Assembly: GCA_964016885.1 (NCBI GenBank) | Contig: OZ024745.1 | Location: 49,104,001 to 49,168,000, forward strand | Direction: 5' to 3' | Length of the DNA stretch: 64,000 bases | DNA from: Eledone cirrhosa | Lineage: Eukaryota | Part shown: positions 40,365 through 53,066 of the stretch, one piece after another | Numbering within the stretch: the first letter of the stretch is position 1 | Layout of the letters: each line of letters opens with the position of its first letter | Notes under the pieces: generated by a model | Database searches by the model: none | Told to the model about the DNA's origin: nothing | The model's input: the letters and a program-made list of their open reading frames with translations, nothing else | Program-made: the position numbers and the translations under genes

Positions 40365-43300
40365 GGAATGAAGTCATAACCTCAGTCACAAGTCTACTAC
40401 CCTTACAACTGAGATTGAATGAAGTCATAACCTCAGTCACAAGCCTACTACCCTTACAACTGAGATGGAATGAAGTCATAACCTCAGTCACAAGCCTACT
40501 ACCCTTACAACTGAGATGGAATGAAGTCATAACCTCAGTCACAAGCCTACTACCCTTACAACTGAGATGGAATGAAGTCATAACCTCAGTCACAAGCCTA
40601 CTACCCTTACAACTGAGATGGAATGAAGTCATAACCTCAGTCACAAGCCTACTACCCTTACAACTGAGATGGAATGAAGTCATAACCTCAGTCACAAGCC
40701 TACTACCCTTACAACTGAGATGGAATGAAGTCATAACCTCAGTCACAAGCCTACTACCCTTACAACTGAGATGGAATGAAGTCATAACCTCAGTCACAAG
40801 CCTACTACCCTTACAACTGAGATGGAATGAAGTCATAACCTCAGTCACAAGCCTACTACCCTTACAACTGAGATGGAATGAAGTCATAACCTCAGTCACA
40901 AGCCTACTACCCTTACAACTGAGATGGAATGAAGTCATAACCTCAGTCACAAGCCTACTACCCTTACAACTGAGATGGAATGAAGTCATAACCTCAGTCA
41001 CAAGCCTACTACCCTTACAACTGAGATGGAATGAAGTCATAACCTCAGTCACAAGCCTACTACCCTTACAACTGAGATGGAATGAAGTCATAACCTCAGT
41101 CACAAGCCTACTACCCTTACAACTGAGATGGAATGAAGTCATAACCTCAGTCACAAGCCTACTACCCTTACAATTGAGATGGAATGAAGTCATAACCTCA
41201 GTCACAAGCCTACTACCCTTACAACTGAGATGGAATGAAGTCATAACCTCAGTCACAAGCCTACTACCCTTACAACTGAGATGGAATGAAGTCATAACCT
41301 CAGTCACAAGCCTACTACCCTTACAACTGAGATGGAATGAAGTCATAACCTCAGTCACAAGCCTACTACCCTTACAACTGAGATGGAATGAAGTCATAAC
41401 CTCAGTCACAAGCCTACTACCCTTACAACTGAGATGGAATGAAGTCATAACCTCAGTCACAAGCCTACTACCCTTACAACTGAGATGGAATGAAGTCATA
41501 ACCTCAGTCACAAGCCTACTACCCTTATAACTGAGATGGAATGAAGTCATAACCTCAGTCACAAGCCTACTACCCTTATAACTGAGATGGAATGAAGTCA
41601 TAACCTCAGTCACAAGCCTACTACCCTTATAACTGAGATGGAATGAAGTCATAACCTCAGTCACAAGCCTACTACCCTTACAACTGAGATGGAATGAAGT
41701 CATAACCTCAGTCACAAGCCTACTACCCTTACAACTAAGATGGAATGAAGTCATAACCTCAGTCACAAGCCTACTACCCTTACAACTGAGATGGAATGAA
41801 GTCATAACCTCAGTCACAAGCCTACTACCCTTACAACTGAGATGGAATGAAGTCATAACCTCAGTCACAAGCCTACTACCCTTACAACTGAGATGGAATG
41901 AAGTCATAACCTCAGTCACAAGCCTACTACCCTTATAACTGAGATGGAATGAAGTCATAACCTCAGTCACAAGCCTACTACCCTTACAACTGAGATGGAA
42001 TGAAGTCATAACCTCAGTCACAAGCCTACTACCCTTATAACTGAGATGGAATGAAGTCATAACCTCAGTCACAAGCCTACTACCCTTATAACTGAGATGG
42101 AATGAAGTCATAACCCCAGTCACAAGCCTACTACCCTTACAACTGAGATGGAATGAAGTCATAACCTCAGTCACAAGCCTACTACCCTTATAACTGAGAT
42201 GGAATGAAGTCATAACCTCAGTCACAAGCCTACTACCCTTACAACTGAGATGGAATGAAGTCATAACCTCAGTCACAAGCCTACTACCCTTACAACTGAG
42301 ATGGAATGAAGTCATAACCTCAGTCACAAGCCTACTACCCTTACAACTGAGATGGAATGAAGTCATAACCTCAGTCACAAGCCTACTACCCTTATAACTG
42401 AGATGGAATGAAGTCATAACCTCAGTCACAAGCCTACTACCCTTATAACTGAGATGGAATGAAGTCATAACCTCAGTCACAAGCCTACTACCCTTACAAC
42501 TGAGATGGAATGAAGTCATAACCTCAGTCACAAGCCTACTACCCTTACAACTGAGATGGAATGAAGTCATAACCTCAGTCACAAGCCTACTACCCTTACA
42601 ACTGAGATGGAATGAAGTCATAACCTCAGTCACAAGCCCACTACCCTTATAACTGAGATGGAATGAAGTCATAACCTCAGTCACAAGCCTACTACCCTTA
42701 CAACTGAGATGGAATGAAGTCATAACCTCAGTCACAAGCCTACTACCCTTACAACTGAGATGGAATGAAGTCATAACCTCAGTCACAAGCCTACTACCCT
42801 TACAACTGAGATGGAATGAAGTCATAACCTCAGTCACAAGCCTACTACCCTTACAACTGAGATGGAATGAAGTCATAACCTCAGTCACAAGCCTACTACC
42901 CTTATAACTGAGATGGAATGAAGTCATAACCTCAGTCACAAGCCTACTACCCTTACAACTGAGATGGAATGAAGTCATAACCTCAGTCACAAGCCTACTA
43001 CCCTTATTACTGAGATGGAATGAAGTCATAACCTCAGTCACAAGCCTACTACCCTTACAACTGAGATGGAATGAAGTCATAACCTCAGTCACAAGCCTAC
43101 TACCCTTACAACTGAGATGGAATGAAGTCATAACCTCAGTCACAAGCCTACTACCCTTACAACTGAGATGGAATGAAGTCATAACCTCAGTCACAAGCCT
43201 ACTACCCTTATAACTGAGATGGAATGAAGTCATAACCTCAGTCACAAGCCTACTACCCTTATAACTGAGATGGAATGAAGTCATAACCTCAGTCACAAGC

Positions 43301-44648
43301 CTACTACCCTTACAACTGAGATGGAATGAAGTCATAACCTCAGTCACAAGCCTACTACCCTTACAACTGAGATGGAATGAAGTCATAACCTCAGTCACAA
43401 GCCTACTACCCTTATAACTGAGATGGAATGAAGTCATAACCTCAGTCACAAGCCTACTACCCTTACAACTGAGATGGAATGAAGTCATAACCTCAGTCAC
43501 AAGCCTACTACCCTTACAACTGAGATGGAATGAAGTCATAACCTCAGTCACAAGCCTACTACCCTTACAACTGAGATGGAATGAAGTCATAACCTCAGTC
43601 ACAAGCCTACTACCCTTATAACTGAGATGGAATGAAGTCATAACCTCAGTCACAAGCCTACTACCCTTACAACTGAGATGGAATGAAGTCATAACCTCAG
43701 TCACAAGCCTACTACCCTTATAACTGAGATGGAATGAAGTCATAACCTCAGTCACAAGCCTACTACCCTTATAACTGAGATGGAATGAAGTCATAACCTC
43801 AGTCACAAGCCTACTACCCTTACAACTGAGATGGAATGAAGTCATAACCTCAGTCACAAGCCTACTACCCTTATAACTGAGATGGAATGAAGTCATTACC
43901 TCAGTCACAAGCCTACTACCCTTATAACTGAGATGGAATGAAGTCATAACCTCAGTCACAAGCCTACTACCCTTATAACTGAGATGGAATGAAGTCATAA
44001 CCTCAGTCACAAGCCTACTACCCTTATAACTGAGATGGAATGAAGTCATAACCTCAGTCACAAGCCTACTACCCTTATAACTGAGATGGAATGAAGTCAT
44101 AACCTCAGTCACAAGCCTACTACCCTTACAACTGAGATGGAATGAAGTCATAACCTCAGTCACAAGCCTACTACCCTTATAACTGAGATGGAATGAAGTC
44201 ATAACCTCAGTCACAAGCCTACTACCCTTATAACTGAGATGGAATGAAGTCATAACCTCAGTCACAAGCCTACTACCCTTACAACTGAGATGGAATGAAG
44301 TCATAACCTCAGTCACAAGCCTACTACCCTTACAACTGAGATGGAATGAAGTCATAACCTCAGTCACAAGCCTACTACCCTTACAACTGAGATGGAATGA
44401 AGTCATAACCTCAGTCACAAGCCTACTACCCTTACAACTGAGATGGAATGAAGTCATAACCTCAGTCACAAGCCTACTACCCTTATAACTGAGATGGAAT
44501 GAAGTCATAACCTCAGTCACAAGCCTACTACCCTTACAACTGAGATGGAATGAAGTCATAACCTCAGTCACAAGCCTACTACCCTTACAACTGAGATGGA
44601 ATGAAGTCATAACCTCAGTCACAAGCCTACTACCCTTACAACTGAGAT
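40365..44648 (+). repeat. 51-bp minisatellite, ~84 copies, in transporter intron
   Basis: Unit ggaatgaagtcataacctcagtcacaagcctactacccttaYaactgagat. Confidence 0.97.
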
Positions 44649-44926
44649 TTAAAGGAATCGTCAACTCTATTTCTCAGGAATGTGAACCCGGATTAACTGC
44701 TCTACACACAAATACAGACATACACACACCATTTGCTCTCTATACATATACACACACACCTTCTAGGTACTGCACATATATTTCATAAAATACCCCAGGA
44801 CTTACATATATATACAACATACAGAAAATAACACTATTTGGTAGTGTATACATATTACATAGAGTAACCCAGGATTTACAAATATATATACTGTAAAGTG
44901 GTCATGTAGGTGTCATATACACACAT

Positions 44927-44970
<44 letters not shown>

Positions 44971-46161
44971 CATCATCATCATCACCGTTTTACGTCCGTT
45001 CTTCCATGCTAGCATGGATTAGATGGGTTGTCCTGTTGTGGGCAGTGTCTGGTCGGCTGACCAGGCCTTGCTCATACAGGAACTGATCTGGCTTGATTTC
45101 TACAGCTGGATGCCCTTCCTAACACCAACCTCATTTACAGTGAGTGCTGGGTGCTTTTTAGCCGTGGCGCCTACACGTCCACTTTACAGTGAGGGCTGGG
45201 TGCTTTTTTGCCGTGGCACCTCCACGACCACCTTGCAGTGGGAGGGTGTGGGGGTATATTGTCTATATGCTTCAGCTTGTACCCATGGGAGGTCGGGTAC
45301 TCTGTATTACTGCATGACACCAGAGGTCACGGTCGTGTGTCATATATATATATATACATATATATATATACACACATATAAATGTATATACACACACATA
45401 CATATGTATATACACACACATACATATATATATACATACACACATATGTGTGTTATATCTATTTTAAATTTGTCCTGGATCTTCTAATATATGCTTTGTT
45501 GTGCATAAACATTTATTATCTAATTCACTACACTAACAAATGCATGCGCATCATCCAAATTAGATTGGTTGTTTCAATTATGTTTTCTATTTGACATTAA
45601 TAGTAACTGCTATAAATTCTCTCCATTGGTAGAAGCAGCTGTTTAATTGTCTTTTGTTGAACAGACAAAAGACTATGAAGCATGTGAAGGCCACAACTTA
45701 TGTCTTCTCAGTTCAAAGAGAATAACAAAAGTGTTTCCACATGTGATCAGTTTCACAGTAAGGTTTATGAAAATATGTACAAGGTGAGTCATAAGTAATT
45801 GAGCAGTCAATGCATTTTTATTGCAAAGTTCACAGATAACTTTTTGAGCCTCCAATTATTTGTGTGAGGTCAGCATTTTGATTATTTTCTTTAATTATAT
45901 TTTTTTAACAATATTTGTTTGATTTGTAATTTTATACTGTATGACTAGAATTTTAGTAAATATTATCATTTGGAATATAAATGTTGGACCGTCCACTGAC
46001 TTATGACTCATCCTGTTACATATTCATTAAATTTATCTGATATATTCTGTGTTGTGTATGAATATTTATGATTTAATTAATCTAGTATTTTAATTACATA
46101 GTTAATGTGCTTTTCCAATGACTCTATTCCTTATATATAGAGAAAGCAAATGAATATTTAC

Positions 46162-46336
46162 CCTCCATATTTTCCAAATGTTGCCTTAGCTAGTGCAGGG
46201 TAAGGATATCTGTTTTGACGTATACTCTGTTCATCTGGGATTCGGCTTTGGAAGATATGCCAGCATTTGGAGAGTATTATTCCAGTATAGGCACAGGTAA
46301 AACAGCAGAAGATGACTAATGGAATGCCCATCCAAC
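46162..46336 (-). CDS. Amino acid transporter exon 5
   Basis: ttcag/gtaaat; GWMGIPLVIFCCFTCAYTGIILSKCW...RYPYPALAKATFGKYG. Confidence 0.92.
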
Positions 46337-46615
46337 CTGAATATACAAAAAAATATCTATCAAATAGCAGCTGATGTTTAGAATGGAACTTAAGAAAATA
46401 ATTTTACAAAAAATTATGCTGGTGGGTTTTAATATAAGTATGAATACTTTAAAATGAGCATTTTGGTATCATAGAACCAAGGCCAATTTCAGGCAGGTTG
46501 ATGTCAAAAGAGTTAATAATTATGAGGAGGATTAGAAAGAGCAATATGTTGATAAGAAAAAATTGAAAATAGAACAGAATTTCTTGGCAAAAACAGAAGC
46601 AATAAGCCAGCTCAC

Positions 46616-46724
46616 CTGCATCTTCAATAGCTTTTGGTAATGTAAGTAGCCCACTTCCTGCAATTTCAGCAATTAAGAAAAAGGTAGCTTGAGGCACAGT
46701 CAGTCCATTTTGTGTTACTTTTGT
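46616..46724 (-). CDS. Amino acid transporter exon 4 (TM1)
   Basis: ttttag/gtgag; GLTVPQATFFLIAEIAGSGLLTLPKAIEDAG, the GSG(L/I)LxLP TM1 motif. Confidence 0.92.
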
Positions 46725-46842
46725 CTAAAATAAAAATCAGTATAAGAGGGCATAGTAGTTTGCTTGAAGCATTATGTAACATATAGTAAAAAGTGTGTTT
46801 TATTGGAAGACTACAGCAATACTAATGGGGCATTAGTATATA

Positions 46843-47189
46843 CTAGCTGACGTACCCACCTTCGCCCGGGTAAACAGATGATAAGAGAAGACAGGTAAAA
46901 GAGAAAATGACTGTATTGGATGTTTGTCTGGTTACAGTATGAGGCGAGTCCGTGGTGTCTGTGTGATACAAAAAACAGTAAAAAAAATCTTCTAGATATA
47001 CCAGATTCTTCGTTGTACCATTTGTGCATAGTATATGAACAATTCTAGGTGCTCCAGCCTAGAATAGTGACCTCTAGGAGATGGTTCATCTTCTGTCTGA
47101 CTGTGAAACGTGTATCATTGCATAGACATGGTTGTTCCACGTTTCTCAAAAGGATGATGGAAGTTCCAATCTTTTATATTATATGTAGA
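46843..47189 (-). mobile_element. Non-autonomous Helitron
   Basis: Minus: a|TCtacatataatataaaag 5' end; GC-rich hairpin-like cccgggcgaaggtggg followed by CTAG|t at 3' end; A/T target. Confidence 0.7.
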
Positions 47190-48392
47190 TATAGATATAG
47201 ATAATTAATATAAAAGATGTCCGTCAATGTAAAAAAGATCCCTATTTACTTGAAATGGTTTATACAAATGCCAAATTAATATGGATATGGATAACATTCT
47301 TATCTATAAGTGGTCAGCTATAATAATAAAACAAATTATATGACACAAAAATTTATCCAGTAATTTCCAGGTCTTAGCCACTGAGTAATAGACAGTCAAT
47401 GTTGCCCAGAGTTCAACTCGGGGAGGTGGCCTGGTTTGAACTCCAAATGACGGATCCTTCTACTTCGAAAATAGAATCGTTTTCCAATATTACTCTAGCC
47501 CTGGCCGGCCATAGGATCCAACCTTTTTGCCAGAATCAGCATATGATGAGGTTTTATTACCACCGCAATCAGAAGCAATGCACGCAAACTTACACACGCA
47601 CCCGTGCACTTACACATACGCACACACTCACACATGTTGATAGTTTTTACTTTCTGTGGAATGCTGTACGCATGCACACACACATAAAAATACACGCACG
47701 TACATACACACACGTTAAGAGTTATTGCTTTCCTTCCCTTCTTATTTCCACACACATCACACATATACATAGTGTATCCGACACTTTGCCTCTCTGTTTC
47801 TTACTCTCCCCTCTAACTCCCTCATTGGCATTATGCATATTAATTTAAGTTTGGCATCGTTGAGGTGGGCGGAGTCATTTGAAACCTATGAACCAATGAT
47901 AATCGAGAATTATGACACACAGAATACTGACATTGTTGAAATTAATATATAGATGAATATTCAGTTATAACATTTTCCAAACTTCTCCTCAAAGAGTAGT
48001 TTTTCCCTTCAAAACATCAAATACTTCAGCATTGACTGGTTTATTCCATTTTTTAAGAAACCCTGTGGAGATGTGTTGTCAATTTATAAGTGTGTTGAAT
48101 TTACAATCATAATGTTGTGGGTTCGATTCCTGGGCTGAGTTGCATGTTGTATTCTTGAACAAAACACTTCATTTCACGTTGCTCCAGTATACTCAACCGA
48201 AAATGAACACCAGCAATAGCTGGGGTTTTAACCCTGCAATGGACATTGGCATCCTCTCCAGGGGGCAGTCTTGTACTTTCTGTCGCTTCATGCCATTAAA
48301 CTGGGATAAGCACTGACCTAATGAATCTTCTGGCTTAAGACAGACTTTAGCAATTAAATGTAAATGTGTATTCGTATTAAAAATGAAAATAC

Positions 48393-48470
48393 CTTTCTTT
48401 GTTTGCCATATTTTTGCAGGAGAAGAGCTTTTTCACTGTCCAAAGATATAGAGTCTTCTAGACTGCCATT
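48393..48470 (-). CDS. Amino acid transporter exon 3 (cytosolic N-terminus)
   Basis: tttaccag/gtattt; NGSLEDSISLDSEKALLLQKYGKQRK, phase 0-0. Confidence 0.78.
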
Positions 48471-48973
48471 CTGGTAAAAAAAAATGTATTATTGTTTTAT
48501 AAAATATTTAAACAAAATATATTGATATTTCGCAAAATATTCTGTTCAATAAACAAAGCACACACTATTGTGCTATATGCAAATGGACACCTCCATATGA
48601 TGTTTCATATGCAAAAAAGCATATAAGCTTTAGTTTATTCTTGACTCAGTACCAGGTGAGTAATTAAATGTCTCTGCTGATGGAAACAGAAACAGTGTCT
48701 GACATTCTCACTGGCTACTGAGATAGCTGTGACATTATCACAACCTAAAATATTCATAGTAATTATTCATACAAATTTAATCTCCAATGAGACTCTTTCA
48801 TGACTTGTGTCGTTTACTAAATCTATGAAAATGTCCTAAAAAATTGAGCAACCCTGTATAAGTTTAGTATTGTTATTGCTGAATATTATCTATAATTTCA
48901 CAGTTGTTGCTATATTTGGTAGGGCTTATAAGACCATAGTTGCATATTTCATGGAGGTTGATTAATGCTGTAG

Positions 48974-49023
48974 CCACTCTCTGATGAGATCACAGTAAGG
49001 GTCGAAAATCAATTAAAGATGGT
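48974..49023 (+). ncRNA. Decayed hammerhead-like motif
   Basis: ccactct CTGATGA GATC acagtaag GGTC GAAA atcaatta aagatgg; core and stem II good, stems I/III imperfect. Confidence 0.45.
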
Positions 49024-49190
49024 CATTATATTGTTACTTGACAGGGAAATACATAAATTTGAGATGTTTACATGTCAATATACATCATCATGCAGTCTTA
49101 GTTAACTCTGTACTGTAGAGGTGCATATATGTATTTATCCAATATTCCGGCTGCATAATTTACTATATAATATAAAACTGTGATACATAC

Positions 49191-49250
49191 CGAATCAGAA
49201 GAAAAATTACCTCCTACCACTTGATCTCCAACTTCTATTAATGGTGAAAT
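49191..49250 (-). CDS. Amino acid transporter exon 2
   Basis: tttctctttttcatttctag/gtatgt; ISPLIEVGDQVVGGNFSSDS, phase 0-0. Confidence 0.68.
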
Positions 49251-49504
49251 CTAGAAATGAAAAAGAGAAATAGCACTCATATTTCTGAATCAATTTATAA
49301 GAGCTGAACTCCATGACAGATTTTAATTCGAAGGGAACATAATATATGATGAAATATAATTGGATATACTATAATATAACATAATATAATATAATATGAT
49401 ATAATATGACATGATATGATATAATATGACATGATATGATATATTATATAATGCATAATATGATGTAATACATTTTATATACACATCTTAAAAAATAAAC
49501 TTAC

Positions 49505-49513
49505 ATCAAGCAT
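49505..49513 (-). CDS. Candidate start-codon microexon ATGCTTGAT (MLD) of the transporter
   Basis: ttgttcttag|ATG CTT GAT|gtaagt; gives a 1416-nt CDS (471 aa plus stop). Confidence 0.55.
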
Positions 49514-49767
49514 CTAAGAACAACAGTTTTTACAGATAATACATACTCGTATGCTAACATTGGAAATAAGGATTTTTCAGCTTGTACATTATGGATAGAG
49601 ACGTCTGACGCTGGCATTTAATCTTATATATTTATCTCTACTCTCATTCGAGATTTGAATATATTTTTCTATTTCATATATATATATATAGTTAATAAAT
49701 GAAACAAAACACAGGAGGCAATTTTTACACAGTTATATTAGGTTCACGCTTTGGGTAAGTGGAGGAT

Positions 49768-49803
49768 GTCGACGTTTCGGACAGAAATCCTTCTTCAGGA
49801 AAG
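49768..49803 (-). ncRNA. Minimal hammerhead-like motif, family C
   Basis: Minus: tc CTGAAGA a GGA tttctg TCC GAAA CG TC ga (palindromic ACGT). Confidence 0.55.
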
Positions 49804-50122
49804 TTTGGATAAAGAGAGAATAGATACACTTAAGAGTAGTTATAGAAGGTTAGGGAAGGAAAAGAAATACTTATGTATGACATCGTTTAGCCCACCTTTA
49901 TATATACATATATATATTGTGTGTGTGCGTGTGTGCACGCGTGCCTCTTTCTGTGTGTGCACGTATGTATATGCGTGTGTGTGTGAACACATGTCTGTGG
50001 AATGCTCAATTGCTCACCCACCCGCACATTAATTTCATGAGCAGGTTGTTTCTTTGATTGTGTGCTTACAAAAACAAGATGGTGTAGGACAGAACAAAGG
50101 AGAGACACAAAATAACAAATTA

Positions 50123-50165
50123 GTCACTGAGGAGGTCACAGAATGTGTGTAGAAAGAGCTTTGGC
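50123..50165 (+). ncRNA. Type I hammerhead candidate, family B (solo arm ~50100-50345)
   Basis: GTCA CTGAGGA g gtCACA gaatg TGTGta GAAA gagc TT TGGC then AATAAA; homologous to arms at 14947 and 15075. Confidence 0.65.
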
Positions 50166-50367
50166 AATAAACAAATAAACAACCATTCGGTTATTAAACT
50201 AATCGATTGGAAGATTATAATAAAGTGAAGTGAAAACCAATAGGTGTATGTGTTTTTATTGGTAGCATCACCCTCCCAAAGTATAACAATATCTGTTTGA
50301 ATACACGTTTTTAGATAATGAATCTTGCAAAACAAATACAAAATCGAAGTATATGTATATATATACT

Positions 50368-50445
50368 GAGAGAGAGAGGGAGAGAGAGAGGGGAGGGGGG
50401 AGAGAAAGAGAGAGAGAAAGAGGAAGAGATGGAGAGAGAGAGAGA

Positions 50446-50536
<91 letters not shown>
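50368..50536 (+). repeat. (AG)n-rich microsatellite
   Basis: Directly visible. Confidence 0.95.
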
Positions 50537-50539
<3 letters not shown>

Positions 50540-50822
50540 AGTAGTGATCGGATTTCATTAGGGGAAATCGAAGACTGTGTCAACATGCAGTGGTTTTTGA
50601 CTCAACAAGTGAATCACTTATCATAGTGTTTCTGTGGTGATTAACAAAGGGAAATCGAGTTTTTCGATAGATCCTATCGGATTTGCGATTCTAGATATTG
50701 CTCTCCTGTTCATTGGCGAAACACGTGTCAGTTATGTAATAAATGTTAGTCCTTTAACTGTGAAATTGATGTATTCATGTGACATTACACACACACACAC
50801 ACACACACACTTATATATATAT

Positions 50823-51434
50823 ACATGGTGGCTGCCAACTCGTTTTCGAGTACGGCCACTACTTTATATCCATGTAGGAGAACCCTACCGATGCGCTGAA
50901 CGAGTGTGACTTTTCAGTCCAGCCAGCGACTTGAAAACTCTGGTACAAACACTACACTTGTGACAATTATTGACACATAGTGCTGGGCCCATGGTACCAT
51001 GTGACCACAAGTGCAGAGAGATCTCCAGATATAAAGCAATGCCTGTGCCGTGAAGCTTTTATAGTGAGCAAAGGCAGGGCACAAAGCCAGTCCCACTCTC
51101 TTAACCAAGATGATATTTACCAAAAAGAAGAACAAGTCAACATCATTGGATACCATCAGGGTTGCAGGTGTTATATCAGAGTTTTCCTTCTCCTAGAATT
51201 CTGCCTTGACAAAGGCTAAGGGGTCATCTCTCCCGGTGATTTTGGATGGCCATTGACTCTTAAGAGCTCCTTTGCCCTTTGACAGGTTTTGTTTTTAGTC
51301 CTGCAGGATGTCCAAAGTCACCCTCCTCACCAAGAAATCTTGGTGGGGTTGCCAGTTTAGTCGCCAACGACCCGACCATGAGACAGGTTGTACTGGGATA
51401 CATGTTACCAGTAGCACCAACTGGTGACCTGACC
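50823..51434 (-). mobile_element. ~0.6-kb non-autonomous RTE-like element in (CATA)n
   Basis: Minus: ggtcaggtcacc...ctaggagaaggaaaactctgatataac...ttggcagccaccATGTAT; bounded by CATA/TA repeats; no long ORF. Confidence 0.7.
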
Positions 51435-51473
51435 ACATACATACATACATACATACATACATACATACATACA

Positions 51474-51526
<53 letters not shown>

Positions 51527-52361
51527 GGATTGGTGCTCTGAAATAGCCATGTATACATGAATGTATGTATAGTATATTTGGCAATATACCGTATGTTTAA
51601 TTAAAAACATTTAGAAGACCATACGCTATCAGTTTTAAAGTAGTGACTATGTCACTTACTTCTTTTCGGCGAAAGAAGGGAGAGAAGCTGATAGTCTGTT
51701 TCACGCTGGTTGGCGTTCATCAGAGCCACGTACTCCCCTGCTTTCACCGAAAATTATAGAAGCTGGATTCTTATAGAATTCATAAAAAGTTGAAAACAAA
51801 ACTGTATTAGATTTATCATTGATTATTCTGTACAATTCACATGGCAAATGTGAAAGTTCGTGGCTTAGTGGTTGCGGTGTTCGGCTCACAATCATAAGAT
51901 CATGTATTTTACTTTCCTCCAGTCCATGAAGCTGGAAAACATGACTGGTACATGTAATTCAAAGTGTGAGCCTCGTCATACACTGTGTCACGCGGAAATT
52001 TCCCGAGAGTTCTTCTAAAGGTACACGTGTATGTGGAATGCTCAGCCACTTGCACGTTAATTTCACGAGCAGGCAATTCCGTTGATTAAACAACTGGAAC
52101 ACTAGTTGTCAGAAACGACGGAGGTCCAACACACATATACTATCACACACACATAACACATACTCAATGGAGGCAGTCTGAATGAGAAGTTTATAATAAA
52201 CTATGTTAATGGTTAGCAAATGGCAAAGAAACCCTGGATTTTTTTTATTAAGGATATAAATTTACAAAAGCTAATAGACAACAATTTTGAGGCGAGCCAA
52301 GACAATCAAGGCATTACTTCGGGTGATAGCGCTGGAACAGATAAGTACCCCTAGCAGGAGC

Positions 52362-52531
52362 CAGTGCCGCATTTACCAATGTGCTTTGGTATGCTTAAGC
52401 ACAAGTCAGGGAAGGGGGCATCTTCCTTTCAAAATAAATTTTTACGATGAATTTTTCAGATGTTTTTCAAATGTCAAACGTTCAAAGGGGGCCTCATAAC
52501 TTAACTAACATTTGTCTTAAATCCGACACTG
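52362..52531. mobile_element. hAT-like MITE
   Basis: TIRs cagtgccgcattt / aaatccgacactg; 8-bp TSD gcaggagc / ccaggagc (7 of 8 match). Confidence 0.75.
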
Positions 52532-53066
52532 CCAGGAGCGTCATCTTATACCTCATTGTGAACAATGACAACAACTTCATTGCCAGCAGTCCAGTCGACC
52601 CTTTCAGCGGAGCGTCTCTAATGCTGCAGGCTGAAAAATGTAGTATAATGAAAAATCATAATTGTGGAGTCAGTATAAAAGAAAAGTATTACTTACATCC
52701 ATTTCGTCGGTAACTATAAGAAATACGGGATTTCAAAAGGGAGGATTGTCTTGGCTTTGATGTTACACGACTATAATATGATGGTGATTACTTGTATTTT
52801 TTCACTGGGATTAAAAGATAATTTCAGTTAGTAGAAAGGAAATAATTAACTGCAAAAATAGATATATATAACAAACAATGTGTAATTCTAGTTCAATGAG
52901 TCTAATAGATTGGTAATTATTATTTCTATACTGATGGTCATTCACTCTTAATGATGAATACATACATATTAAACAGCTATTGAAATATTCACACATACAT
53001 AATGTACATACATACATACATACATACATACATACATACATACATACATACATACATACATACATA

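Noticed and set aside
40315-44664. 1449-aa ORF of 17-aa repeats
   Set aside because: 51-bp satellite in a transporter intron; flanking exons splice in frame without it; no unique domain
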